This document shows positions 10,088 through 23,549 of a stretch of 64,000 nt of DNA, in pieces; within the stretch, counting starts at the first letter, position 1, and each line of letters begins with the position of its first letter. Source of the stretch: Anaerovoracaceae bacterium (GTDB lineage: Bacteria; Bacillota; Clostridia; Peptostreptococcales; Anaerovoracaceae); contig CAXXKB010000003.1 in the NCBI GenBank assembly GCA_963668245.2, positions 3,574 through 67,573 on the forward strand, written 5' to 3'. The notes beneath the pieces are model-generated. The model did not search any database. It was not told the origin of the DNA and saw only the letters and a list, made by a program, of their open reading frames with translations. A program made the translations under genes and the position numbers.

Positions 10088-11122
10088 TTATTGGTAGATA
10101 AAATCAACACTTTCAATTTTATTAATTACATTAGTGTCGTCACCCGGATCAACATAAACCGTTTGAGCCGTATCCAATATCTCTTGTGTGAGCGCACGAT
10201 AACCTTCTGGGGACTGGTCACTCTGATGCCAATGTGATGGAACTGGATAAATTGTAATTGTACCATCTCCATTCGAAGAATAAGTTATAGAACCAGAAGC
10301 TGAATAATCACCGAATAATATTGTTACATCGTTGGGATATTCCTCAGAACCACTACTATAGGTTGAAATAGGCGTACCCGCAGGTTCGTGTGCTATATAA
10401 ATAACTGATGAATTAGGATCTATAGCACCTGTCATAAGTAAAATACGAGCATATTCAACTTGTAAAGAATTATAACTTTCTAAAGGATTATAATTTTCTA
10501 AAGAAGTTAAGCTATTCTCCTCTTGTACCGGTGCTTCCTTAATGGTGGTTTCGATTATTTTTTCATATTTAGAACCATTGTCTATTTCAGTAGTATTCAA
10601 ATCTCTCAAATAATGGGGTTTCCCCGGGTAAATCAACTGAACAGCAACAACAACTTCTACAGTTGCGCCAGGCTTAATATTTTTTTCTGCCATGTCAACC
10701 GCTTCACGGTTACTATAATCCAGGGGTATACGGCCATCACTACTTGTAACAGTTTCTAATGTTTCAACGGTTGTATCCGTTTCTTGTTCCCCAACCAGAT
10801 CTGTAATAAAAGCTTCTCGAGGATTTTGTTGAGTATCACTTGTATTTGTGTAATTCATCAAAATTGCCATACTTTGCAGATCGCCGACGTGGCTTGTTAC
10901 TTGTTCAAAGGAAATAAATTCATATGTTCCCAGCGATCCTACAAAAATGGGACCACTTTCTACTTCCTCAACAATGCTACTACTTTCTGCTACTTCAGTT
11001 ATACTACTTTCATTAGTAATACTTTCTGCTAATACGCCTTCTGTTGTAGTTTTATTATTTTTACACGCTCCCATTGTAAACATAATAGTGCCTAATAAAA
11101 TCACCCTACTCATTTTTTTCAC
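10088..11122 (-). CDS. Lipoprotein, hypothetical (DUF5067-like N-terminal domain)
   Basis: GTG start with RBS, lipobox TMGAC, Ser/Glu/Thr linker. Confidence 0.7.
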   Translation of the reverse strand: MKKMSRVILLGTIMFTMGACKNNKTTTEGVLAESITNESSITEVAESSSIVEEVESGPIFVGSLGTYEFISFEQVTSHVGDLQSMAILMNYTNTSDTQQNPREAFITDLVGEQETDTTVETLETVTSSDGRIPLDYSNREAVDMAEKNIKPGATVEVVVAVQLIYPGKPHYLRDLNTTEIDNGSKYEKIIETTIKEAPVQEENSLTSLENYNPLESYNSLQVEYARILLMTGAIDPNSSVIYIAHEPAGTPISTYSSGSEEYPNDVTILFGDYSASGSITYSSNGDGTITIYPVPSHWHQSDQSPEGYRALTQEILDTAQTVYVDPGDDTNVINKIESVDFIYQ

Positions 11123-11183
11123 AATTTTTCTCCTTTGTCCTCGTCCGCAGGCTTAATTTTGTATAAAGTAGTATTTATAAAAC

Positions 11184-11576
11184 TCAATAGTCGTCCTGTA
11201 TCTCACAACAATGAGGTATTTTTGCATTAATTTCTTGAATCAAAGCTTCTATAGCTCTTTCTGCATTGTTTGTGTAGGTAGGGTTAATGATGGATTCGTA
11301 ATCAAATATATAGTTTCTACCATCAAAAACAACAGTATCAGCGTAATAATCACCTAAAAAAATATCTCCTAAATCATCTTTGTCGTACTCTTCGTTTCCA
11401 TTTTTAACAAGATCATTCATAATCTGACTTGCTTCCTGCTCTTTGACAATTTGATGGGGAGACTCCCCTACCCAAATTTCTACAGCCCTGTAGAAATCAT
11501 TAATGATATTATCTGCGTAAAGAATATTCCATAAGGTATTGTAGCTATACATCTGATCGTTGTATTTAACGTCCAT
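11184..11576 (-). CDS. Acidic hypothetical protein
   Basis: 130 aa, RBS AAGGAGG, D/E-rich. Confidence 0.75.
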   Translation of the reverse strand: MDVKYNDQMYSYNTLWNILYADNIINDFYRAVEIWVGESPHQIVKEQEASQIMNDLVKNGNEEYDKDDLGDIFLGDYYADTVVFDGRNYIFDYESIINPTYTNNAERAIEALIQEINAKIPHCCEIQDDY

Positions 11577-11698
11577 CTTGTTATTGCCTCCTTATCACTT
11601 TCGAGCTAGATTCTATGCTAGTATTATACCGCATTTTGATAAACAAAATTATCTATAATGAAGAAAGACAGTTTGTTTTAATTATTCAGGATTAGGAG

Positions 11699-11956
11699 TT
11701 ATTTGGTTGCTAGTTGTCGTAACAAATCGTCAATGTGATCGTTTATGACAACCAAACGATTTTTCAGCAACTGGCCTTTTTTGGTCAACGTCAAATTGCC
11801 ACCCTGGTTCTGGAATAATTTAACCTCCAGATCAGTTTCGAGATATTGAATATGCTGCGTAATTGCTGGTTTTGACAGGCACAGTTCTTCCTCAACCTTT
11901 GCATAGTTTAAGGAATCAGCTAAAACAAGGAAAGTTTGGTAACGATAGTCAATCAT
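11699..11956 (-). CDS. LysR-type HTH-only protein (no effector domain)
   Basis: YQTFLVLADSLNYAKVEEELCLSKPAITQHIQYLETDLEVKLF...LTLTKKG. Confidence 0.75.
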   Translation of the reverse strand: MIDYRYQTFLVLADSLNYAKVEEELCLSKPAITQHIQYLETDLEVKLFQNQGGNLTLTKKGQLLKNRLVVINDHIDDLLRQLATK

Positions 11957-12105
11957 GAAATCACCCTTTCGTTTCTTATTGATGGCTTACCGGCAAATCA
12001 AATCTGAAATCGCCTCAAAATGCGTTATTTCGGACCTGTTTTTACTGAATAGAGGGATAAAGCGTCCTCAAAACCCCTTTTTGTCTGAATCAATGGAAGT
12101 ATTTC

Positions 12106-12717
12106 TTACTTTACTTTACCCGACGTTAGATAGTAAAGATAAAGGTTCGCGAAAACATCGGAAAGACTGGCACCTTCAAAATCCATCTCTTTCATGAAAT
12201 CGGCTAATTCTTTTTTACTGACGATCAGATTGGCCAGTTTATAATAGTCCCCCAATGGATAGACATAGATGACGTTTTCTGGTGTCTTCCGTCCGAAGGG
12301 GTGAAAGAGATTCTTGATCGCAGTTTGGTAGAAGGGATTGTTCTTCCCAGTGCTGAAATTTCTTGCAGCCATTTCCTTGAAATCCGCTAAATGGATCGGG
12401 ATACTAGCATTTTTCCTAAAAAGAAAAAGGTCTCCGGACCCACTCACCATAGCTTTCTCCAACAGATCTTTTATGGCTGCCTGGTAGCCTGCTCGATAGT
12501 CATTGGTTATCTGTACGGCGGATTCGGTGCTTGCAGCTGATTCTTTTTTCCTTGCGATAAATTCATCGAGGTCTGATTGCGCCACCTTATAGCCTGTTTT
12601 TCTGGATTCTTGTACAGCTGGTAGGTCCCCCTGACGGATCCATCGCAAGACCACTTGTCTAGAACTTGTAAGGTCTTCTTTTTCGAGGATGGTGAGCACT
12701 TCGGAAACGTTTAACAT
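12106..12717 (-). CDS. Excisionase/MerR-like HTH_17 DNA-binding protein
   Basis: MLNVSEV...VVLRWIRQGDLPAV...GYKVAQSDLDEFI. Confidence 0.75.
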   Translation of the reverse strand: MLNVSEVLTILEKEDLTSSRQVVLRWIRQGDLPAVQESRKTGYKVAQSDLDEFIARKKESAASTESAVQITNDYRAGYQAAIKDLLEKAMVSGSGDLFLFRKNASIPIHLADFKEMAARNFSTGKNNPFYQTAIKNLFHPFGRKTPENVIYVYPLGDYYKLANLIVSKKELADFMKEMDFEGASLSDVFANLYLYYLTSGKVK

Positions 12718-12789
12718 GTGGATCCCCTCTCTTTTATATTTACTTTACTACATTATAAAGTAAAGTAAAGATAAATGAAAGGTAAGCGG

Positions 12790-13005
12790 CTAATAAAAAG
12801 ATTTATCTGTCGTTAATAAACAACTGTCTATTATGAAGATAGAAGAGACGCTCGTAGGTTTTGTAATGTAACTTTTGCGAGTGTTGGAAAAGGAAAAGCA
12901 GTGTCCAGAAAATGGTTCATATCTGGACACTGCTATTTTGGTATGATTTTTCTCTAAATGATCTGAAACAAGTGTCCATAAACCCGTTACAATTTCTATG
13001 TCCAA
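12790..13005 (-). CDS. Hypothetical small protein or gene remnant
   Basis: 71-aa ORF within a co-oriented gene run; weak support. Confidence 0.3.
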   Translation of the reverse strand: MDIEIVTGLWTLVSDHLEKNHTKIAVSRYEPFSGHCFSFSNTRKSYITKPTSVSSIFIIDSCLLTTDKSFY

Positions 13006-13127
13006 TTAATCGCCATGGATAAAGTTATGGGACAATGAAGTAAAAAAAGAAAAGTGATTTCCTCTCCTTCACCTACTGGAAGATTAACGTTTCAAGGCAT
13101 TCTCTGAAAATCTGTAAATATTCAGCA

Positions 13128-13352
13128 CTAAAACAATTTCTTAAAAATTGATCTTAGTAAACCAGAATCATCATCACCCCTATCGTGATATTCCTCATGG
13201 CTCTCATAGATATTATCTTTTGAAATGCTATTTTTAAAACCGCACTCAGTACATTTCCATGTATATTTATGGTCATCAAAATTATTTTGAGAATTCAGAT
13301 ATGCCCCACAACGGTCACACCACCAATCGATATCTGGAAATCTTTCTGTCAT
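13128..13352 (-). CDS. Small zinc-ribbon protein
   Basis: CDRCG...WKCTECG (two CxxC); RBS GGAGAG. Confidence 0.75.
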   Translation of the reverse strand: MTERFPDIDWWCDRCGAYLNSQNNFDDHKYTWKCTECGFKNSISKDNIYESHEEYHDRGDDDSGLLRSIFKKLF

Positions 13353-13402
13353 AGTACATCTCTCCTTACATATCTAAAAATTTTTATAGTTAATTTCAAC
13401 AT

Positions 13403-13735
13403 TTACCACCCAATATTATACTCCTCAACTCCTTGTTGTAATAAATACTCTTTTAAATCTTGAATAAACTCATCTTCCTTATCAGGTGCATTGCCATAAT
13501 GACTAAATCTTCTAGTAGACTCTTCCCAAGAAAAATTATAATCATATTCTTCATCTATTGAATTCCAGTCTGCATCTCCAAAAAATGTTATTTGTCCAGC
13601 TACCACTTCTATTTCTCCAGTCAGTTCCCCCGTATCTTCATCTACAACTGGAATATCTACGCTAAAATCATATGTTTTTTCGAATTCATATGATTCGAAA
13701 TTACTATCATTATCTATCCCTACCATTTTACTCAC
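13403..13735 (-). CDS. Highly acidic small hypothetical protein
   Basis: 110 aa, very D/E-rich; RBS GAAGGAG before GTG. Confidence 0.75.
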   Translation of the reverse strand: MSKMVGIDNDSNFESYEFEKTYDFSVDIPVVDEDTGELTGEIEVVAGQITFFGDADWNSIDEEYDYNFSWEESTRRFSHYGNAPDKEDEFIQDLKEYLLQQGVEEYNIGW

Positions 13736-13771
13736 TCCTTCATTTTCTAGTAGTATATGAATTTTAATCCT

Positions 13772-13834
13772 CTATAACAGGAAACTGCGCTTGCACTTCT
13801 TGGCGAAGATTTTCAACATTTTTTTAAACCACAT
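13772..13834 (-). CDS. 20-aa cationic peptide MWFKKMLKIFAKKCKRSFLL
   Basis: Manual translation; RBS GGAGGG 5 nt upstream; extended -10 TGATATAAT upstream. Confidence 0.45.
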   Translation of the reverse strand: MWFKKMLKIFAKKCKRSFLL

Positions 13835-14002
13835 GTAGCCCTCCATAATAATTTGGAAACTCATGCCTTGATTATATCATGTAAACGCTAACTAATATGC
13901 CTGATATATGCCAGCCAAAGTTAAGTTATTTCCTGACTTATTTTTTTTAATAGCAAGATAAAAGTGAAAAGAACTCACTCAATCTAATTTTCAGACTGTA
14001 CT

Positions 14003-14569
14003 CTATGACTCAGTACTTATTTCCATTTTCCTTTTATTACGCGTTAAGGTACTCTTGCTGATGCCGGTCATTTTCTCTACCTCTTTGTAGGAATGATTCT
14101 TCAATAGATTCATGGCTAGATTGATTTGTTGCTGATTAAATTTCTTCGGTCGCCCTTCCCGGAAGTCGGGTTTCTGTCTGGCCAGTTCTTTTCCCTCTTG
14201 CGTACGCTCCACAATCAGATCCCGTTCAAAATCCGCAAAAGCGCTGAAGATGGTGAAGATCAATCTTCCGGTGGACGTGTTTTCAATAATGCCTAGATTC
14301 AGCACATTGATCCGCACGCCCTTCTCGAATAAGAGTTTGATCGTGTTTAATGCGTCTTGCGTGCTCCGAGCGAAGCGGTCCAACTTCGTCACAACCAGCG
14401 TATCCCCTGTCTGGATTTCCTGAAGGAGTTTTTGGAACTCGGGACGATCACTTTTTGTTCCGGTAATTTTTTCGAAGTAAACCCGGTCGCAGCGTTCCTC
14501 CTCGAGTTGACGCAGCTGTCCTTCCAGATCTTGTTGGCGAGTACTCACCCGTGCGTAACCATATTTCAT
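14003..14569 (-). CDS. Serine recombinase (resolvase)
   Basis: [13 protein letters not shown]...[15 protein letters not shown]; C-terminal HTH. Confidence 0.95.
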   Translation of the reverse strand: MKYGYARVSTRQQDLEGQLRQLEEERCDRVYFEKITGTKSDRPEFQKLLQEIQTGDTLVVTKLDRFARSTQDALNTIKLLFEKGVRINVLNLGIIENTSTGRLIFTIFSAFADFERDLIVERTQEGKELARQKPDFREGRPKKFNQQQINLAMNLLKNHSYKEVEKMTGISKSTLTRNKRKMEISTES

Positions 14570-14589
14570 CTTTTTTCACCCTCACTTTT

Positions 14590-14690
14590 GAACATAAGTT
14601 ATGACACCTTTGTATCCCTTGATTTTACTAGAGCAAGGAAGCATAGTCAATACTCTTAAGTTTTGACTATGGTTATCTAAATTATATACC
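14590..14690. promoter_or_regulatory. Putative res site
   Basis: Upstream of the resolvase; palindrome CATAGTCAA-tactcttaagt-TTTGACTATG. Confidence 0.5.
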
Positions 14691-14751
14691 TAAAAGAAGC
14701 TCATTTATGCTTCTATGCATCAGGAAAGTGAAAAAGTAGAAGTCTGTTTAT

Positions 14752-15540
14752 TTATTGTACAGGAATCTCGAATTTGAACAATCTAAATTCATCAAATTTT
14801 GCTACTTGAATACCTAATAGGTTCCCAACAATTGTTAAATGATTTTTTTTCATATAATTTGTGATGTCTAAGGAAATCGCTTTGTCAAAATGAAAATTAG
14901 TAGTTGTTGGAATAATTACTGTTAATACTTTTCGTTTTGGAATGTGCTCCATTCGGTCTGTGGGAATATTTAGGAGATCGATCCAGTCAGCTGTAAAGCA
15001 AGTTCCCCCAGTAAAGTTAGAATTATGTAAAAAGAAGTCCTCTGGTGTAAATTGAATAGCAAAATCGGTGAACGCAAAACTGTCTAAAGGCATATTCGAG
15101 AAATTCGCATATTTATTTGGCTCTTCTTCGAATGTCATCATATCTTTATAGGCAAGATCCAAATATATTTCCCTGGAAACATGGATAGTAAAGTGTAGCT
15201 TATCGAAAAATTGAAGTATCTCCAGAGAATCTTGATTCTTTTTGGCTAAATTTTGAAAATAATCAGATTGATTACCATAGTACTGTTGTTTTTTTTCAAG
15301 AATTTCGAGATATTCTTCAAAATTTTTGACAGAACTCAGGCTTTGGATTTCTTTGATAGAATAATCTAGAGACCGATATTTTCTAGACTCAGCGATTTTT
15401 TCAATATCATGATCACTGTAACTTCTATAACGTGTTTCTTCATCAATCTCCGGATGAATAAATCCAACTTGCTCATAATAGCGCAATGTTTCTCGACTGA
15501 TATTTAAATAACTGCATAAATCTTTAGCCTTATATTTCAC
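14752..15540 (-). CDS. MerR-family transcriptional regulator
   Basis: ISRETLRYYEQVGFIHP...YRSYS; divergent from the SDR gene. Confidence 0.92.
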   Translation of the reverse strand: MKYKAKDLCSYLNISRETLRYYEQVGFIHPEIDEETRYRSYSDHDIEKIAESRKYRSLDYSIKEIQSLSSVKNFEEYLEILEKKQQYYGNQSDYFQNLAKKNQDSLEILQFFDKLHFTIHVSREIYLDLAYKDMMTFEEEPNKYANFSNMPLDSFAFTDFAIQFTPEDFFLHNSNFTGGTCFTADWIDLLNIPTDRMEHIPKRKVLTVIIPTTTNFHFDKAISLDITNYMKKNHLTIVGNLLGIQVAKFDEFRLFKFEIPVQ

Positions 15541-15587
15541 TAAATCACCCCTTTTTTATTATAGCATGCAAATTTTGAGATTCTTCC

Positions 15588-15618
15588 TTGACTTGGGGGT
15601 AAGAACACAGTTTATCAT
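15588..15618 (+). promoter_or_regulatory. MerR-type promoter with 19-bp spacer
   Basis: TTGACT-19 nt-TATCAT upstream of the SDR gene. Confidence 0.6.
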
Positions 15619-15638
15619 GAAGGTAAAATGATAAGGAG

Positions 15639-16400
15639 ATGGTCATCATGAAGGGTAAAGTAGCTTTAGTTACAGGTGGTTTAAGTGGCATAGGAAAGGC
15701 AACCGTTCTTGAATTAGTAAGAAGAGGGCTAAACGTAATTGTTCTTGATATCCAAGATGAAAAGGCGCAACAATTAGCAGAAGAATGTGCTGATCTGAGT
15801 GGGAATTTTATTTATAGGAAATGCAACTTATTTGAATCAAATGAAATAGAAGAATCATTCAAATTTGTTAAAGACAACTATGGCCACCTAGACTATGCTC
15901 TCAATAATGCGGGATTTGGAATTTTATCTAAAAATTTTGCAGAAGTCACTGAAGAAGAGATTGACAAGCTTCTTTTGATAAATGTTAAAGCCTATATGCT
16001 TTGCATGAAGCATGAGATAAATAGCATGCGAGACAATCATTTTGGACGCATTGTGAATACAGCTTCTGGATCTGGCTTAGTCGCTTCAAAGGGTATGGCA
16101 CTTTATACAGCTTGTAAGCACGCCGTTGTGGGACTGACTAAGGCAGCTGCTTTGGATTATGTGAGAGAGAATATCACGATTAATGCAATTGCCCCGGGAA
16201 CAATAGAAACAGAACTAGTTGTTCCAATCAAAGAAAAAAATCCAGAGGAATATGCGATGTGGAGCGCATCTAATCCTATTGGCAGATTAGGACTCCCTTC
16301 TGAAATTGCTCGTGTCGTTGCGTTTTTATTTGAAGATGATTCTGAATTTATTAATGGAACTGTAATACCGGTTGATAGTGGTTTTGTTGCTGGGAAATAA
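15639..16400 (+). CDS. Short-chain dehydrogenase/reductase
   Basis: TGGLSGIG, NNAG, YTACK, NAIAPG. Confidence 0.95.
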   Translation: MVIMKGKVALVTGGLSGIGKATVLELVRRGLNVIVLDIQDEKAQQLAEECADLSGNFIYRKCNLFESNEIEESFKFVKDNYGHLDYALNNAGFGILSKNFAEVTEEEIDKLLLINVKAYMLCMKHEINSMRDNHFGRIVNTASGSGLVASKGMALYTACKHAVVGLTKAAALDYVRENITINAIAPGTIETELVVPIKEKNPEEYAMWSASNPIGRLGLPSEIARVVAFLFEDDSEFINGTVIPVDSGFVAGK

Positions 16401-16480
16401 GCTAGAATCTTTTGTTTCCAAAAAAAAAATTAGATTACAGCATTTTATAAATTTTTTATGTACATCCCATGTAAAAATGT

Positions 16481-16530
16481 AAACAACCCCTTTTGTTGAT
16501 TTTGGTAAAAATCGACAAAAGGGGTTGTTT
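16481..16530. terminator. Long inverted repeat, probable bidirectional terminator
   Basis: AAACAACCCCTTTTGTTGATTTT...AAAAATCGACAAAAGGGGTTGTTT between convergent units. Confidence 0.65.
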
Positions 16531-16911
16531 ATTATGCACCAATTGTATCAAGAGGGGATGAGAATCAAAATAATCGAAATTTGAAACACTCAAAAATAAA
16601 GGGATTAGATGTTCTTCCAACTAATCTTAGGATAAAAACTAAGTATTTTTAGTGCTGTGACTATTAAAATTAAATGTCAAGAATTGATCTTACAAATTTT
16701 TTTCTTAATAAGAGTGCAAATTGATCTCTTACATAGAACGTATAGGTAATACGCCTTTTTGCTACAAAAATATAAGGAAATACAAAGAAAAGCGATAAGA
16801 ATACGCTTTTCTTTGTATAGATAACGAAGAGTCTAATTCAACGCGGTAGTTTTTTATTTCGCTACTGTAGTAAGTCTATCTCTAATTAGAATTCTACGAA
16901 ACTATATTCCG

Positions 16912-19730
<2,819 letters not shown>

Positions 19731-19732
19731 TT

Positions 19733-20038
19733 TTATGCTCCTTTCTCAATATAGCTATGCACACTTTTCATAATGTTGGCGACATTACCCATTCCATAAT
19801 CAACGGAGTCTATTTTACCTACAGGTTTCCCAACAGCATTTTTTTTAACTTCATCTAACTTATATGAAATTTGAGGAGCAACTAGAATACAATCATAATC
19901 TTGATAAACCCCTTCATAACCACCAATTGGAACGGCCTTCACAGATAAATCGATGTCCTTCTGTTTTCCCCACTTTTCCATTTTTTGCATCAAAATACTT
20001 GTTGATAAACCATTTGCACAAATCAATAAAATTTTCAT
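19733..20038 (-). CDS. PTS Lac/Cel-family IIB
   Basis: ILLICANGLSTSIL, LVAPQI. Confidence 0.93.
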   Translation of the reverse strand: MKILLICANGLSTSILMQKMEKWGKQKDIDLSVKAVPIGGYEGVYQDYDCILVAPQISYKLDEVKKNAVGKPVGKIDSVDYGMGNVANIMKSVHSYIEKGA

Positions 20039-20388
20039 TACTTTTCCTCTCTTCTCTCTTGTTCTAAAAGGATAATTTCTTTGATTAGATCAATCGCTAA
20101 CATACTGGTCATCAAATGATCTTGAGCATGAATCAGCAACACACTAATAGGTGTTGCTTTCCCTTGAGCTTCACTTACTAATAGATTTGTTTGTGAATGA
20201 TGTGCTTCTACTGATGCTTTTTCCGCTTTTTTTATCAGTCTGTCACTTTCTTCAAAGTTCTCCTCTCTACATTTTCTTAAAGCCTCAAATGCTAAGCTTC
20301 GAGCATCACCTGAATGCGCAATAATGTTCATAGAAATGGTTTCCATATCTAAAATTTCCTCTACCTCCATTAATACATCTCCTCTCAT
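20038..20388 (-). CDS. PTS Lac/Cel-family IIA
   Basis: IIAHSGDARS...AHHSQT...LLIHAQDHLM. Confidence 0.94.
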   Translation of the reverse strand: MRGDVLMEVEEILDMETISMNIIAHSGDARSLAFEALRKCREENFEESDRLIKKAEKASVEAHHSQTNLLVSEAQGKATPISVLLIHAQDHLMTSMLAIDLIKEIILLEQERREEK

Positions 20389-20591
20389 TACTTGATACTA
20401 AAATCATAAACCTAAAATGTCATTATCGTCACATAATGATTTTCCACCCTCAGAGGAAATTTTAAGATAAATCATCAGTTTAGTATCGAATTTTTATATT
20501 AAGAAAAAAGGCAGCCTAAACACCCAGTTAACTATGATAGCAATTTTTTTCGCTACTTGTTACTTTAGGATATTTCGCAGCCTTAATGTGC

Positions 20592-22520
20592 TTATATATT
20601 TTCATGAAGATTCTCAACAATCTTCAGTACAGCTACACTATCTTTTGCTTGCGCTAATTTCTTGACCTTATCTTTACTCTCCAATAGCGAGAGTAATTCA
20701 TTGTAAAACGGTTCAAGCTCTTCCATGTCATGAGTTGCTATATGTAGAAAGCAAACAACCTGAACTAATTTGTTATTCCAAGGAATCGGATGATTTAATG
20801 TAAGTAGTGACCAAAAAGTGTCATTGGAAAATGATTCCAACGGGTGAGGCATCGCAACAAAGTTCCCAAAACTTGTCGCTGCAGCTTTTTCCCTCGCTAA
20901 GGCACTTTCAACAATTCCATCATTAACGTAGTTCTTACTGATTAAGTCTTCGCCTATGTATTTTATGATCTCTTCTGGTGTTTGGAATTCTTTATTCAGA
21001 TATATTGATTCTCGGTTTAGATAAAGAAGGGCAATTGAATGGTTGTCCCCTATAATCGTTTTCTCAAGTTGCGCAATTGAATTTCCATCAAGAAGAGCAT
21101 CAACAACTACATATGGAATTTTAATGTCATCTGATAATGGAACAGTGCTTATAATTAAATCAATATTATCTTCGTCATATAGACCAATATTGTGGAGTTC
21201 TGTAGTTCCAACAATAGAAATTTTATCACTAAATTTCGAACGTAATTTGTAAAAAAGTAAACGCGAACTACCTAATCCAGTAGTACAAACAATGAGACAC
21301 CTTTTAGCTTTTCTTTCAATTTTTGTTCTTTCAATTGCTGCTCCGAAGTGTAATGCAATAAACCCAACTTCTGGCTCATCTACCAAAATTGAAAAACGTC
21401 TTTCGATTACTTTGCTTGCAATAATCGCCGCTTCAAAAGCTATAGGGTAATTTATTTTAATCGCTTCTAACATTGTATTTCTGATTGGCATATTATTTTC
21501 ATACCGATGTAAAACTGGTTTTAAATGTAAGGAAAGAGATGCTAAGAGTTCCGGGTCTTCTCCAATCTTCAAATTGAGTTTATTCTCAACTTCTGCTATC
21601 ATTTCTCGGGCTACTTGCGAAATTTTTTTCTCTAATTTACTCCAATTACTTCGCTCTTCTTTATTAAAGAAAAGTTTTGTCCCCATAAGGTGCATTGCAA
21701 CATAAGATGATTCAACATCTGGAAATCGAATAGCCAATTGATCAGATATATTTCGAATGATTTTTTGAGCAACAACAAACTCTTTTTCATGAAAGGGTTG
21801 AACTTTCTGCATTTGAATATAATCCCCACCTCTTATTCTTTTGCAGGCAATCGCTATGTGGACTATTAAATTGTTAAGAGCCATGTCTGAAAGATTTAGG
21901 TTTGCTTCTTTTAATCTTTTCAGTACGATATTTTTTAGGATTAACATTTCATCTACAGGGAGAATTAGATCATTTATAATATTAATATTTTGATCACTTA
22001 AATGAGATATAACATTCTCCGATATGGCATACCTTCTCTTTTTCTCTTCTCCTTCAATGATAAATCCTCGATTTTGTTTCGCTAGCAAGCTCATACCCCT
22101 ATTTTCAAGCAAAACTTTCACGTTTAATAAATCATTTTGTACAGTAGACCTACTTATGTAAAGCTCTTCTGCCAAATCATCTAGTTTAAGATACTCTGAG
22201 CTCAGCAAAAGTCGATTTAATAGATAATTGGCCCTTTCCTCAGGTTCTACCGGAAATTTATTTTCAGAATTCTTAAAACAATCTAGAAATGAGTTTAATT
22301 TACTACTATCTTCAATTTCAATTTTGTACCCCTTGCCTCTAATACTTAATATTTTTATTCCGGAGTCTATGCTTAAAATATTTGCCAAATCTGCTACATC
22401 ATTTCTAATAGTCCTTGAAGTGATACTAAATTTCTCAGCTAACTCTTTCCCAGATACAATTGTATCTATAGAAAGTAAAAATCTAAGTAACTCCTCTTGT
22501 CTTTTAGTCAAAATTCTCAT
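20592..22520 (-). CDS. LicR/MtlR-type PRD activator (HTH-PRD-PRD-EIIB-EIIA)
   Basis: Probable start MRILTKRQ at 22520; PRD motifs, VCTTGLGSS, C-terminal EIIA AMPH. Confidence 0.92.
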   Translation of the reverse strand: MRILTKRQEELLRFLLSIDTIVSGKELAEKFSITSRTIRNDVADLANILSIDSGIKILSIRGKGYKIEIEDSSKLNSFLDCFKNSENKFPVEPEERANYLLNRLLLSSEYLKLDDLAEELYISRSTVQNDLLNVKVLLENRGMSLLAKQNRGFIIEGEEKKRRYAISENVISHLSDQNINIINDLILPVDEMLILKNIVLKRLKEANLNLSDMALNNLIVHIAIACKRIRGGDYIQMQKVQPFHEKEFVVAQKIIRNISDQLAIRFPDVESSYVAMHLMGTKLFFNKEERSNWSKLEKKISQVAREMIAEVENKLNLKIGEDPELLASLSLHLKPVLHRYENNMPIRNTMLEAIKINYPIAFEAAIIASKVIERRFSILVDEPEVGFIALHFGAAIERTKIERKAKRCLIVCTTGLGSSRLLFYKLRSKFSDKISIVGTTELHNIGLYDEDNIDLIISTVPLSDDIKIPYVVVDALLDGNSIAQLEKTIIGDNHSIALLYLNRESIYLNKEFQTPEEIIKYIGEDLISKNYVNDGIVESALAREKAAATSFGNFVAMPHPLESFSNDTFWSLLTLNHPIPWNNKLVQVVCFLHIATHDMEELEPFYNELLSLLESKDKVKKLAQAKDSVAVLKIVENLHENI

Positions 22521-22665
22521 ATTAAACACCCCGCTTTGATTATAGATTGATTTACGTTTGTTACTGTATATTATTTTTCCTTTATTAATGGAAAAAAAAA
22601 GGATAATCCATGAATTTATATAACATTTACTACATAATAGTTTTCCGATTACCATGTTTGAAATT

Positions 22666-23274
22666 TTAAGATAACTCTTCTAATTCCCCTTTTATCCGAT
22701 AAACGGTGTCTCTAGTCACATCTGTCTCCTCTGGGATATTCTTGATAGGCTCGCTCTTCTTCAATTTGCTGACGATTACGTTGTATGTCATGCGGTCACG
22801 CAGGTTTTTGGCATTCGCCGCATACTTCATCGGACGGCCCTTGTAGTGGCCCTTCTTCTTAGCAATCTCAATCCCCTGTCTCTGCTTACGAATAATTTCT
22901 TCCCGTTCATTTTGGGCAATCCAGGACAGTAACTGTACAACCATGTTCCGGATCAGTTTCTGCAGATTAGGATTTTCTAGGTCATGGTTTAGAATTGGCA
23001 AATTCAATACGATTAAACCAATTTCCTTCCGATCAAGCCGCTGCACCATCTGAACGATATCATCATAGTTCCGACCGAGTCAATCCAATGATTCCACAAT
23101 CAAGACATCTTTCTCTCAATAATCCCAAAGCTTTCTGTAATTCTTCCCAATCTGACATACTCTTTCCGGATATTTTCTCTTCAAAGATTTTTTTGTCCCT
23201 GCTTTTTTGAGTGCCTCAATCTGTCGGTCCAGATTCTGGTCTGTGGTAGACACTCGCGCATATTCAATTTTCAT
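22666..23274 (-). pseudogene. Frameshifted serine resolvase
   Basis: MKIEYARVSTTDQNLDRQ at 23274, then frameshifts and stops; the C-terminal part is ORF 22666-23049. Confidence 0.85.
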
Positions 23275-23464
23275 CTGTTTTTTCCTTTTCCCGCACTTGA
23301 TTTATTCGACACTTATAATCTGCATTAAGAATCCAATAAAATCAACATTTTACACGTGACGGTTTTAGGTACACTCTAAACCAGCATTTTTTGTAAGTAT
23401 TAAATTTGATAATAAGGATCGTAGTATTCACCAAAAAAATTTAGATGTAGAATCAAAATCACTC

Positions 23465-23516
23465 AAACCAAAGTAGGCCCGTTACGCAAGTTATTGTAAC
23501 GGGCCTACTTTGGTTT
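23465..23516. terminator. 21-bp perfect inverted repeat (terminator of the array/gene transcript)
   Basis: AAACCAAAGTAGGCCCGTTAC-10 nt-GTAACGGGCCTACTTTGGTTT. Confidence 0.7.
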
Positions 23517-23549
23517 AGTGGCATAATTTAATGCATTTATCTTACTAAC

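Noticed and set aside
11678-11694. AATTATTCAG(G) motifs here, at ~25290 and at ~30540 as IS1380 ends
   Set aside because: Short AT-rich matches without other IS sequence; the one at 25290 is partly the CRISPR repeat.
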